A stretch of 64,000 nucleotides of DNA. It comes from Gemmatimonas sp. (GTDB lineage Bacteria > Gemmatimonadota > Gemmatimonadetes > Gemmatimonadales > Gemmatimonadaceae). Below, piece after piece: positions 26,350 to 35,879 of this stretch. The stretch lies in the NCBI RefSeq assembly GCF_030833075.1, contig NZ_JAURHX010000002.1. One strand, given 5' to 3'. The notes under the pieces were generated by a model that worked only from the letters and a program-made list of their open reading frames with translations, was not told the DNA's origin and ran no database searches. A program made the translations under genes and the position numbers. The first letter of the stretch is position 1; the number at the start of each line of letters is the position of its first letter.

Positions 26350-27552
26350 TTACTTCGGCCACCCCGTCATCGGGATGCCCGTGATGCGCAGCGCGTTCTG
26401 GTAGTAAACCTTCTTGAGCACCACGTCCGGCAGGTCGATGCCGTACAACTTCCAGAAGGCGTGATAGTCGCGGTAATAATCGAAGTAGTCGTCGCGCGTT
26501 TCGAGCACGCGCCAGTAGTACGGATACTCTTCCGGCTGGTAGCTGTCCTTGCCGAAGAGAATGCGGTCCTGGTACTTCACGAAGAAGTCGTGTGCCGCGC
26601 GTGGCTGACGGCCGATGTCGTACAGGACAGCCCCCATTTCGCCGAGCACGTTCGGCATCTCGTCGAACATCTTGCCGAGGCGACCGAGATCGTTGGCGTG
26701 CCAGCCCAGGTGCGCCGCCACGAACGTGGTCTGCGGGTTGGCCTTGAACAGGCTGTCGCGCTCCGCCATGAGCTGATCGAAGCTCGGATAGCGATCCTGC
26801 GGATAGTGCCGCTCGGGGAAAAGCGACTGCTCGAGCCACCGCTCGTTGGTGTAGTCCACCGTGCGGAAGAATTCCTGCGGGTCTGCCGTGTGAATGAACA
26901 CCGGCAGCTTGAGGCGTGCCGCCGCCGCCCACACCGGCTTGAGCTCGGGGTCGTTGAGCTTCAGGCGCGCTCCATCGGCCTTCTTGTTGGAAAGGCCGAA
27001 GCCCTTGCCAATCTCGCCGATTCCCACAGCACCGGCCTTATTGTCCGCCTCCAGTTGCGCCACGGCCTTCTCGGCCCAGCCCGGGGTACCCACGCCGTTG
27101 AAGTTGATGCCGGTGAGGAAGCGAACGCGCTCCTTCATCGTCTTCGACTGATTCACCAGCGCGATGCCTTGCGTGAGCCGGTCGCCGGATACGTTTCCCG
27201 CCACCAGCATGAGCCGCACGTTGATCGAGTCGAGCTGCACGCCGAACTTCTCGAGCGCCTCCGCACTGCCGATCTGCGGACCGCCGGGATGGCCGTGAAA
27301 GTCTACCACGGGAAACTTCGCCTTCATGCGCACCGTGGCCGGTACCCTGAGGGTGCTCTTCGGGCGATAGTCCACGATGCTCGGCACGGCGCCTTCTGGC
27401 GCAAGGCAGGTGCGCGGCCGGACCTCCGTGGTGCCTGCCGGGCACTCCTCGCCTGGCTTGATTTGCGTACCACCACGGAATCCCTGCGCCATGGTGGTGC
27501 AGGGAAGAGCGAGCGAAAGCAACGGGAAGAGCGAACGGGAGACGCGACGCAC
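26350..27552 (-). CDS. Exported amidohydrolase_2 family metallohydrolase
   Basis: GTG start with SD GGAG and a signal peptide. 'VDFHGH', 'PVFIHTADP', 'AAH', 'YQDRILFGKD', 'VLKKVY.QNA'. Confidence 0.82.
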   Translation of the reverse strand: MRRVSRSLFPLLSLALPCTTMAQGFRGGTQIKPGEECPAGTTEVRPRTCLAPEGAVPSIVDYRPKSTLRVPATVRMKAKFPVVDFHGHPGGPQIGSAEALEKFGVQLDSINVRLMLVAGNVSGDRLTQGIALVNQSKTMKERVRFLTGINFNGVGTPGWAEKAVAQLEADNKAGAVGIGEIGKGFGLSNKKADGARLKLNDPELKPVWAAAARLKLPVFIHTADPQEFFRTVDYTNERWLEQSLFPERHYPQDRYPSFDQLMAERDSLFKANPQTTFVAAHLGWHANDLGRLGKMFDEMPNVLGEMGAVLYDIGRQPRAAHDFFVKYQDRILFGKDSYQPEEYPYYWRVLETRDDYFDYYRDYHAFWKLYGIDLPDVVLKKVYYQNALRITGIPMTGWPK

Positions 27553-27577
27553 GGGTGCTCCGGGAGTTTCGGTCGGG

Positions 27578-27629
27578 AAGAAACGACAAGGGGACCGCCT
27601 GCTGAATCTACGCGGAGGTGGTCCCCTTG
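27578..27629 (-). terminator. Putative terminator hairpin after the DUF2723 gene
   Basis: Arms caaggggaccgcct (27587-27600) and aggtggtccccttg (27616-27629), followed on the minus strand by tcgtttctt. Confidence 0.55.
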
Positions 27630-27659
27630 GTTCGGCCGCGTGGCCGGAGCGCGTCTCGG

Positions 27660-29993
27660 TTACTTCCTGCTCGTATCCGCCGGGAGCAGCAGCGGTTGCG
27701 CGGCCGTGTCGGCCCCAGGCGCGATCGGCAACGTAGGCTGGCGATCGAAACCGAAGATCTGCGCGCGGCGCATGGCCGTGGCGACCTGCTTGGACTGGTC
27801 GTACACGGTGCGCGACTCGGGGATCTTGCCGCTCTGTGCCAGTGCCTCGGCGAGTGTGACCCCACTGATGACGTAGAGGTCGGGGATGCCCACGGAGGCA
27901 TCGTCCACCCACCCGTCACGCGCCGCCAGCGACTTGGTGGCCGTGAACACGTTCGTCCAGAGCTCCAACGAGCGCTTCACGTCCATCGCGCCCTCGCCCT
28001 GGATGAGTACGATGTCCGGCCCCGGTACCACGGGCTGCGGCAACAACTTCTTGGTGAGTCCCTGCGTGACGACGTACCGCTCGAGGCCAAGCTCGTACGG
28101 ATACCCGCCGGCGGTGCGACTGAAGAAAATGCCACGGTCGGGGAAGGCATCGCGGATCATGAAGTAGACCATCTGGTCGGCCTTCATGATCTGCGGCAGG
28201 CGCGGTTGCGCAATGATCTCGCCCTTCTGGAAGGCGGCGTTCTCCGGCGTGGCAATGGCCAGCGGCAGCGCGTCGGCTTCGTCGAAGGTCATCTTCACCG
28301 GCGGGCCGCTTGGCTGCTTCTTGCCCATCCCCTTGTACATCGCCGGCCCGTTGGCTTCGTCGTACGGGTACGACTCGCGGCGCAGCAGCTGGCGCACGTA
28401 CCAGTCGGTGTTGAGCAGCGACGTATTGGCAACGATGACGTCCTTGCGGATGCCCTCCACCTCCTGGGCGTACCACAGCGGGAAGGTGTCATTGTCGCCG
28501 ACGGTGATGAGAATGCCGTACGGCTCCACTGAGTTGAGGAGGTCGCGCGCGAAGTCGGTCGTGTCGGTCTGACCGCCGCGCGACGCTTGTGTCCAGTTGC
28601 CGAAAAGCGGGATGAACGCGATGGCGAGCAACGGCGATGCCATGAGGAAGCTGCGCGTACGCGGCTCGCTTACCGTCTGCTTGCCCAGCTTCACCTCGTC
28701 GGCCCCGAACAGCGTGGCCACCGTCTCCCACAGATAAAAGAGGCCGAGCGCCGCCCAGACACTGAGTGCGGAGAAGCTCCACAGGTAGAAGTAGTCGCGG
28801 TCGCGCACTTCACGGGGGACGCTGTCGCCCAACTCGGGCGCCTGCGAGTGGCCGTACTTGAAGTTGAGGTAGAAGATGAGCCCCAACGTCATCGTGGCCA
28901 CCAGCGGCCCGAAGAACCAGAAGCTGCGCCGGTCCTTCTGGAAGTGCATCCATCCACCGAGGATCACGAGAATGAAGTAGAACACCGCGAGGCCATTCTG
29001 CAGCCCGGGGTTCTCGTTGTAGGCGTCACGCAGCCACTGCCACTTGAAGTACAACCAGTACATCCCCAGCTGCGCGGCAAACGGCGCCTGGCGCTCACCG
29101 AGCTCCGGCTTCCCGTACTGGCCGCGGTTGAAGTTGTACATGAAGCGGTCGTACGTGAGCTGGCTGAACGTGCAGTCGGCCTTGATCTCCGTGGCGCAGC
29201 CGGTGGGCTCGCCTTCGTTGATGGCCGGGAAATGCGCGGCCCGGATGGGCTGGGTGGCGAACGGCGTAAGTCCGAACACCAGCGCCGCGGCACACGCCAC
29301 GAGCAACTTCCAGCGCAGCAGCGTCTGTGGGCGGCGGATCAGTACCGCGAAGCCCACCGCCGGTGCGGCGAGCATGCCGGCCATGTGGTTGGTATAGCCG
29401 AGCCCGAGCAGATACGCGATAAGGACCAGTAGTCGATCGGCCGTGCGAGATTCCGGATCGTCACACCAGCGCACGGTCAGCCAGCAAATGATGGCCAGCC
29501 CCACGAGCGATACGGTGTACACCTTCTCGTTCACGACCGACTGGTTCCACACCGTGAAGGCCGTGGCGCCGATGAGCACCGCGAGCGAACCGCCCACGAT
29601 GCGCTGCCAGCGGCGGGGCATCCACTGCACCAGCACGCGTTCGGTGACGAGGAACCAGAACATCGCGCTCACCGCGCTCGACAACGCCGCTAGCACATTG
29701 ATGCGCATGGCCACGGTCGGCGCGATCGGGAGGATGCTGAAGACCCGCCCGATGAGCACGAAGAACGGATTGCCCGGCGGGTGCGGAAGGCCCAGCACGT
29801 AGGCGGCCGCGATGTACTCGCTGGTGTCCCACATCGACGTGGTGGGGGCGAGCGTGACGAGGTACAGCAGGAACGCCACGAGCCCCGCGATCGCGGCGGC
29901 GAGGTAGGACGGTCGGTAATCGAGTTCGGCGGCCTCGGCGCGCGTGGCGCCGTAACTGGCAGAGGTCGCGGATGCGGTCGCGGCGACGGTCAT
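27660..29993 (-). CDS. DUF2723 / TMEM260-like GT-C glycosyltransferase (GT117 family candidate)
   Basis: 'WDTSEYI.AA..LG.PHPPGNP', 'EKVY', many TM segments, 'REVRDRDYFY', 'GDNDTFPLWY.QEVEG.R.DV'. Confidence 0.85.
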   Translation of the reverse strand: MTVAATASATSASYGATRAEAAELDYRPSYLAAAIAGLVAFLLYLVTLAPTTSMWDTSEYIAAAYVLGLPHPPGNPFFVLIGRVFSILPIAPTVAMRINVLAALSSAVSAMFWFLVTERVLVQWMPRRWQRIVGGSLAVLIGATAFTVWNQSVVNEKVYTVSLVGLAIICWLTVRWCDDPESRTADRLLVLIAYLLGLGYTNHMAGMLAAPAVGFAVLIRRPQTLLRWKLLVACAAALVFGLTPFATQPIRAAHFPAINEGEPTGCATEIKADCTFSQLTYDRFMYNFNRGQYGKPELGERQAPFAAQLGMYWLYFKWQWLRDAYNENPGLQNGLAVFYFILVILGGWMHFQKDRRSFWFFGPLVATMTLGLIFYLNFKYGHSQAPELGDSVPREVRDRDYFYLWSFSALSVWAALGLFYLWETVATLFGADEVKLGKQTVSEPRTRSFLMASPLLAIAFIPLFGNWTQASRGGQTDTTDFARDLLNSVEPYGILITVGDNDTFPLWYAQEVEGIRKDVIVANTSLLNTDWYVRQLLRRESYPYDEANGPAMYKGMGKKQPSGPPVKMTFDEADALPLAIATPENAAFQKGEIIAQPRLPQIMKADQMVYFMIRDAFPDRGIFFSRTAGGYPYELGLERYVVTQGLTKKLLPQPVVPGPDIVLIQGEGAMDVKRSLELWTNVFTATKSLAARDGWVDDASVGIPDLYVISGVTLAEALAQSGKIPESRTVYDQSKQVATAMRRAQIFGFDRQPTLPIAPGADTAAQPLLLPADTSRK

Positions 29994-30255
29994 GGACTGA
30001 TCGGAGGGTGTGCAGCCGGCGCCCGGATGGGCCGCCGGAATTCCAGTGCCGGAATCCGGTTACCCGGATTACCTGCAATCACGGAAGTTCGCCCCGTGTG
30101 GGAAGGGGCACAACCCGTTCCGGAGGCTCCGCCGGGCTCCCAACGGTCACGCTGCCGGCCTCGATGGCTTAGCTTATGCGGCACGGCGGGCAGGGCGTGC
30201 CCTCAGCGGACTCCCCCCGGCAATCACCGTTCCGTCACATCTGTCCGGCCCGGGT

Positions 30256-31509
30256 ATGCACAAGCGCGATTTTCTCCGTACTCTCGGCGGTGCCGCCATC
30301 GGCCTCGCGCTCTCGCCCGCCGAGCGGCGGCTCCTGGCCGCCACGCCACCGGCCGCGCTGGCGCGCCGCGAAGACTTCTGGACGGAGCTGCGGGCCCGGT
30401 ACGTGGTCCCCACGGACTTCATCCACCTGGAGCACGGGTACTACTCCATGCAGTCGCAGCCGGTGCTGGAGCGCTACCTCCAGCACATCCGCGACGTGAA
30501 CGCCGTGAGTTCGCGGTACATGCGCACGGTGCAGTATCCGAACAAGAACCGGGTGCAGGGCAAGCTCGCCGCTCTCGCCGGATGTCGCACCGACGAGCTC
30601 ATCATCACACGCAACACCACCGAATCACTCGATACGGTGATCAGCGGGTTCGACTGGAAGGCGGGCGACGAAGCGGTGATGAGCGTGCACGACTACGGTG
30701 CGATGCTCGATCAGTTCAAGCTCATGGAGCGGCGTTGGGGCATCGTGAACACGCGCGTGACCGTGCCGCTCGACCCGAAGTCCGACGACGAGGTGGTGCA
30801 GGTGTACGCCAACGCCATCACGCCGCGCACCAAGCTGCTGATGGTGTGTCACATGATCAACATCACCGGCCACGTGCTTCCGGTGCGGAAGATCTGCGAC
30901 ATGGCCCATGCGCGCGGAGTCCCGGTGATGGTGGACGGCGCACACGCTTTTGCGCAGCTCGACTTCCGCATCCCCGACCTCGACTGCGACTTCTACGGCG
31001 CCTCCCTCCACAAGTGGCTGGGAGCGCCGTTGGGGGCGGGGATCCTGTACGTGAAGCCCGGCGCGCTCGAGAAGCTCTGGCCCCTTTTTGGCGACGAAGG
31101 CGTTGCGGTCAACGATATCCGCAAACTCAATCATACAGGCACGCACCCGGTCGCGACCGATCTCGCCATCGAGGACGCGATCGCCTTTCACGAGTCCATC
31201 GGCATCCAGCGCAAGCAGGAACGGCTGCGTTGGCTGCAGCAGTACTGGACCACCAAGGTGCGGGGCATTCCGCGGGTGCAGGTGTTCACGCCGACCGACC
31301 CGTCGCGCACGGGGGCCATCGCCAACGTCGGCATCGGGGGGATGAAACCCGGCGTGCTCGCTTCGGCGCTCATGGACCGGTACCGCATCTTCACCGTGGG
31401 CATCAACACGGCGGGCGTGACCGGTGTTCGGGTCACCCCACAGCTGTTCACGACCACGGCGGAACTCGATGCGCTGGTGCGGGCGATCACGGAGCTCGCC
31501 CGCGGCTGA
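30256..31509 (+). CDS. Aminotransferase class V (isopenicillin-N-epimerase/cysteine desulfurase-like) with Tat-like signal
   Basis: 'KRDFLR' signal, 'RNTTESL', 'VDGAH', PLP lysine in 'SLHKWL.APLG.G'. Confidence 0.85.
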   Translation: MHKRDFLRTLGGAAIGLALSPAERRLLAATPPAALARREDFWTELRARYVVPTDFIHLEHGYYSMQSQPVLERYLQHIRDVNAVSSRYMRTVQYPNKNRVQGKLAALAGCRTDELIITRNTTESLDTVISGFDWKAGDEAVMSVHDYGAMLDQFKLMERRWGIVNTRVTVPLDPKSDDEVVQVYANAITPRTKLLMVCHMINITGHVLPVRKICDMAHARGVPVMVDGAHAFAQLDFRIPDLDCDFYGASLHKWLGAPLGAGILYVKPGALEKLWPLFGDEGVAVNDIRKLNHTGTHPVATDLAIEDAIAFHESIGIQRKQERLRWLQQYWTTKVRGIPRVQVFTPTDPSRTGAIANVGIGGMKPGVLASALMDRYRIFTVGINTAGVTGVRVTPQLFTTTAELDALVRAITELARG

Positions 31510-33039
31510 TCAGTGGCGGAACAGCCGCTCGCCGGTGAACACCATGGCGATTCCATGTTCGTTGGCGGCGGCAATCACTTCGTCGTCGCGCACCGAGCCC
31601 CCGGGCTGCACGATGCAGGTCACGCCCGCCGCGGCGGCCTGATCGATACCATCGCGGAACGGAAAGAACGCATCGCTGCCGAGCGCCGAGCCCTTGGTGT
31701 CGTGACCCAGCGTGGTGGCCTTGTGCACCGCCACGAAGCTCGCATCCACGCGGCTCATCTGACCGGCGCCGATGCCGATGGTCGCGCCGTTGCGCGCGAG
31801 CACGATGGCATTGCTCTTCACGCTCGCAACACTCTTCCACGCGAACAGCAGATCGCGCTGTTCGTCGGCCGTGGGCTGGCGTGACGAGACCACGGTCCAC
31901 TGCTGCGGGTCGGTGGGCGCCGGTGCGCGATCCTGCACCAGCAGGCCACCGCGCACGCGCTTGAGATCCATGGTGTTCGCCGACCACGTGGCCGTGCCTT
32001 CGAGCACCCGGAGGTTTTTCTTGCGGCCGAGGATCTCCACGGCCTCCTCGGCGAACTGCGGCGCCACGATGCACTCCACGAACAGGCTGCTGATCACTTC
32101 GGCCGCGGCCGCATCCACCGGCACCGAGAACGCGATCACGCTGCCGAACGCCGAGACCGGGTCGCAGGCGAGCGCCTTCCGGTATGCATCGAGCGCATCG
32201 GCTCCCGTTGCCAGCCCGCACGGCGTGGTGTGCTTGATGATGGCGCAGGCTGGCTGCGCGCCGAACGGCTCGATGGCGAGCAACGCGCCCTCGAGGTCGA
32301 GCAGATTGTTGAACGACAGCTCCTTGCCGCCCTTCTGCACCAGCGCCCCGAGACCGGCACCCGGTTTCTCCACGTAGAAAGCCGCGCGCTGTTGCGGATT
32401 CTCGCCGTAGCGCAGGCTCTGCTGCTTTTCGAAGGCCAACGGATACCGGTCGGGGAAGGGCTCGCCGCGCTGCTGCGCGAACCACTGCGCAATGGCGGCG
32501 TCGTACGCGCTCGTGTGCGCATACACCTTTTCGGCCAGAAGGCGACGGAGCACGGTATCATCGGTGCCCGCCTCCACATGCGAGAGCACGCGGGCATAGT
32601 CACTGGGATCCACGATGACCCACACACTCTCGAAGTTCTTGGCCGCCGAGCGCAGCATGCTGGGGCCGCCGATGTCGATGTTCTCGATGACCTCTTCGGG
32701 ATGCACGCCGGGCTTCGCCGCCGTCTCGCGGAACGGATAGAGATTCACGACCACGAGGTCGATCGTGCCGATGTCGTGCGCCTTGATCGCGTCCATGTGC
32801 TCGGGGAGGTCACGACGCGCCAGCAGGCCGCCGTGCACCACCGGATGCAGCGTCTTCACGCGGCCATCGAGCATCTCCGGAAAGCCCGTGATGTCGCTGA
32901 TGTCCTTCACCGCGAGACCGGCTTCGCGCAGGGTGCGCGCCGTACCGCCCGTGGACACCAATTCGAACCCCTTGGCGGCGAGGCCACGGGCAAAGGGAAC
33001 GAGCCCCGATTTGTCTGATACCGAAAGCAGCGCGCGCAT
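31510..33039 (-). CDS. purH: Bifunctional AICAR transformylase / IMP cyclohydrolase
   Basis: 'RALLSVSDK', 'STGGT', 'GRVKTLHP', 'ENIDIGGP', 'LRYGENP.Q', 'GAGQMSRVD', 'SDAFFPF'. Confidence 0.97.
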   Translation of the reverse strand: MRALLSVSDKSGLVPFARGLAAKGFELVSTGGTARTLREAGLAVKDISDITGFPEMLDGRVKTLHPVVHGGLLARRDLPEHMDAIKAHDIGTIDLVVVNLYPFRETAAKPGVHPEEVIENIDIGGPSMLRSAAKNFESVWVIVDPSDYARVLSHVEAGTDDTVLRRLLAEKVYAHTSAYDAAIAQWFAQQRGEPFPDRYPLAFEKQQSLRYGENPQQRAAFYVEKPGAGLGALVQKGGKELSFNNLLDLEGALLAIEPFGAQPACAIIKHTTPCGLATGADALDAYRKALACDPVSAFGSVIAFSVPVDAAAAEVISSLFVECIVAPQFAEEAVEILGRKKNLRVLEGTATWSANTMDLKRVRGGLLVQDRAPAPTDPQQWTVVSSRQPTADEQRDLLFAWKSVASVKSNAIVLARNGATIGIGAGQMSRVDASFVAVHKATTLGHDTKGSALGSDAFFPFRDGIDQAAAAGVTCIVQPGGSVRDDEVIAAANEHGIAMVFTGERLFRH

Positions 33040-33126
33040 GGCGGAGAGTGCGAGACGTGGAAAGAGCGGATTGCGAAGAGGGAACAGCATGCCAGCGGCA
33101 GGGCGGCCGTGCCCCGCGACAGCAGA

Positions 33127-33882
33127 TCAGCGTGGGAACAGCCGCGCCCACTCCGAGGCGAACGCCGCGGCAGCGCCGGCAGTGTCCGGCACCAGTCCGA
33201 AACGCCATTCGGCCGTGGTCGGGCTTACCGGAACGGCGACCTGGCCGTGTACGTTGCCGTCCTCGCCCAGTGCGACCGCGCCGCTGGCCACGGCGTCCAC
33301 GCAGAGCGGCAACAGCGCGTGTTCGGTGCGGAGCACCCGTGCGCCGAGGGACGCCGGCGTGTCGCCCGGGAGGACGGGTACCGGCCACTGCGCGATGATG
33401 GGGCCGCGATCGTAGTGGGCGTCGACGAAATGCACCGTGACGCCGGTAACCGTCGCGCCATGTTCCAGCACGGCCGCGTGAATGCGCTGGCCGTACATGC
33501 CGGCCCCGCCGAAGGCCGGCAGCAGGGCGGGATGGATGTTCATCAGGCGCCCGTGAAACGCGCGGACCACGGCTTCGGGGATGAGTTTGAGGTACCCCGC
33601 CAGCACCAGCAGGTCCGCGCCGGCCGCCTGCAACGTGGCCACCAACGCCTCGCCATCGCGCGGGTCCGCCAGCACAGCCGTCGGGACGCCGGCGCTGGCC
33701 GCGCGTGTGAGCGCTCCCGCGGTGGCCTTGTCCGAGCCCACCCAGACGATGCGCCCTGTCCGGGTGCCAGCACCACCGAAGTGATCAATCAGCACCTGCA
33801 GATTCGAGCCGCCGCCACTCGCGAGCACAGCGATCCTGGCGGGGGACGATGGGTGGTGCCGAGGGGCTGGATGGGTGTTCAC
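33127..33882 (-). CDS. purN: Phosphoribosylglycinamide formyltransferase
   Basis: 'IAVLASGGGSNLQ', 'LAGYLK', 'NIHPALLP.FGG', 'GVTVHFVD..YD.GPII.Q'. Confidence 0.95.
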   Translation of the reverse strand: MNTHPAPRHHPSSPARIAVLASGGGSNLQVLIDHFGGAGTRTGRIVWVGSDKATAGALTRAASAGVPTAVLADPRDGEALVATLQAAGADLLVLAGYLKLIPEAVVRAFHGRLMNIHPALLPAFGGAGMYGQRIHAAVLEHGATVTGVTVHFVDAHYDRGPIIAQWPVPVLPGDTPASLGARVLRTEHALLPLCVDAVASGAVALGEDGNVHGQVAVPVSPTTAEWRFGLVPDTAGAAAAFASEWARLFPR

Positions 33883-33888
33883 TCGCTG

Positions 33889-34503
33889 TTACACCGGGAG
33901 AGGGTGAGGTGGGGATGACGGCGGCAGGTCGCCGATGCCCAGACGGGTCAGCGCCAGCACGACCGCGTCGATTAACGAGTGGCACACGGCGATGTTCGCG
34001 TGGTGCTCCGCGGCCGCCTCGGCCCGGCGTACATCCTCGGCGGGTGTTTCGCGCCCCGGTACGAGAATGCCGAGCCCACCCGTCGCCAGCGCCGGCTGCG
34101 CGTCGCGCCACCGGTCACCGATGTACGCACTGCGGGTGAGATCGATTCCGTGCTCGCGGCTCGCCTGATGGTACATGCCGAGCCCCGGTTTGCGGCAGTC
34201 GCACGCGCCCGTGACGTCGGGGAGGTGCGGGCAGTGATACGTCGCGAGTATGGCGCCCCCGACGGACTCCACGAGGGCCGTGGTGCGCTCGCGCGTCGCT
34301 TCGTACTGCGCCGGCGTGATGAGTCCGCGGGCAATGCCCGATTGATTGGTCACAATGATGACCGGCACCCCTGCCGATCGGGCCAACTGCGTGGCCGCGC
34401 CGGTTGCCGGCAGCAACTGCACCAACTGTACATCGGACAGGTAGTGCGCGTCGGCGATGAGCGTCCCGTCGCGATCGATGAACAGGGCCGGACGTGTGCT
34501 CAA
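33889..34503 (-). CDS. gmhB: HAD IIIA phosphatase, GmhB/histidinol-phosphatase family
   Basis: 'FIDRDGT', 'TNQSGIARG', Zn site 'CPH...C.CRKP', 'IGDRWRD'. Confidence 0.75.
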   Translation of the reverse strand: MSTRPALFIDRDGTLIADAHYLSDVQLVQLLPATGAATQLARSAGVPVIIVTNQSGIARGLITPAQYEATRERTTALVESVGGAILATYHCPHLPDVTGACDCRKPGLGMYHQASREHGIDLTRSAYIGDRWRDAQPALATGGLGILVPGRETPAEDVRRAEAAAEHHANIAVCHSLIDAVVLALTRLGIGDLPPSSPPHPLPV

Positions 34504-35879
34504 CGGCGTAGCGTGTCTGGTCGTGTCGTGCGAGCGCGCGTTGAGGCACTGTCCTGGCGCACTGTCGAATCGCTCATGCTCTTCTTCGTGCTGCTGTCCA
34601 CCTTGGCTTTCGGAATGGTGAAATTGCGCGCCGGCGACTTCACCGTGCCGTTGAGACTCGTCACCCCGTTGATCTGCAGCCGGTAGCTCCTGCCCGCAGC
34701 GAGCGCCGAATCGAGCGTGATGAAGAGCTCCTTGTAGATTCGCACTTTCTTCATCGTCGGCGGAGGCGTGGTGTCGGCTTGCACGAATCGGCGCCCTGTC
34801 TTTCGCGCCGCCTCGCGGGCTTCTCGCTCCTGCTGCCGCTGTGCTGCCACCAGACTGTCCGCGGCACGCACCTTCGTAATTGAATCCCGACGGGCGCGCT
34901 GCTCGGCGCTCAGTGTGTCCTTCTTCGCATCGGCAGCGGCAGTGGAATCGGCTTTACGCTTGGCGATGGACGAGTCGCTCGCCGCCTTCTGTCGGGTGGT
35001 CTGCGCCGTTTTCACCCGCAACAGCGCCGAATCCGGCATGCGCGTCAGCCGGACCGCGTCCAGCGCAAAGAACTGATCCGGGGAGTATGGCTTGTCGAAC
35101 GTCACCTTGAGCGCGCGATTGCTGTCGGTTGGTTCAACCGTGGCAATGCGCAGTCCGACGGTATCGTGGCCGAATGCATGGAACTCGGCCTCCGCGTACC
35201 CGGAGAGTGTCACGCGAAGCGAGTCCCACAGCTCGAGGGGGTCGAGATCCTTGTTCTTGTTCCGGTCCGCGTACCCCCGCAGCAGATAGGGGCCCGCCGG
35301 CAGGTTGCGAAACTCGAACCGGCCAACCGAGTCGGCGACCGTCTGAAAGACGATCGTAGTGTCCTGCGCTACGGCCTCGATGATGCCGCCACCGATCCCC
35401 TTCGCTTCGAACCAGTCGAACACCACTCCCGTGATACGGGCCGCGGGGATGGGCCCGCCCGTCGAGAACACGACGCGAATTGCCGAATCGAGCTTGTTGT
35501 TCGAGAGGTCCTGCAAGCCGGCCTTCAGCTGCACGCTGTACACCGTGTTCGGTCTCAACCCTTTCACGGGGCGGATCTGAATCGCGGTGCGGTCCCAGTC
35601 CACGCGCAGGCGACCACTCTTCGGGCTGATGGTCACCAGATCGACGAGATCGCGCTCCCCGTTGGGCGTTTCGCTCACGACCTCGTCGAAACGAATCGTG
35701 ACCGCCCCCGGCTTGGAAGCCGTGGCATTGTTCTCCGGCGTGATCTTGAGGATGCGTGGCGGGGTAAAATCCTCCGGTCCTCCTCGCGGGAGCCCCTGAT
35801 TGGCGCACGCCGCACCACCGAGCACGGCGGCCGTGAACAACGCCAGCCGCCGCAGCGCCCCTTGCCGGTCGTTGCTCAC
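34500..35879 (-). CDS. Ig-like (Big_5) domain lipoprotein
   Basis: GTG overlaps the valS stop. Lipobox then 'CAN.G.P.GGP.D.TPP', 'I.FDE', 'L.PNT.Y', 'VFSTG'. Charged, D-S/T-rich C-terminus. Confidence 0.8.
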   Translation of the reverse strand: MSNDRQGALRRLALFTAAVLGGAACANQGLPRGGPEDFTPPRILKITPENNATASKPGAVTIRFDEVVSETPNGERDLVDLVTISPKSGRLRVDWDRTAIQIRPVKGLRPNTVYSVQLKAGLQDLSNNKLDSAIRVVFSTGGPIPAARITGVVFDWFEAKGIGGGIIEAVAQDTTIVFQTVADSVGRFEFRNLPAGPYLLRGYADRNKNKDLDPLELWDSLRVTLSGYAEAEFHAFGHDTVGLRIATVEPTDSNRALKVTFDKPYSPDQFFALDAVRLTRMPDSALLRVKTAQTTRQKAASDSSIAKRKADSTAAADAKKDTLSAEQRARRDSITKVRAADSLVAAQRQQEREAREAARKTGRRFVQADTTPPPTMKKVRIYKELFITLDSALAAGRSYRLQINGVTSLNGTVKSPARNFTIPKAKVDSSTKKSMSDSTVRQDSASTRARTTRPDTLRR

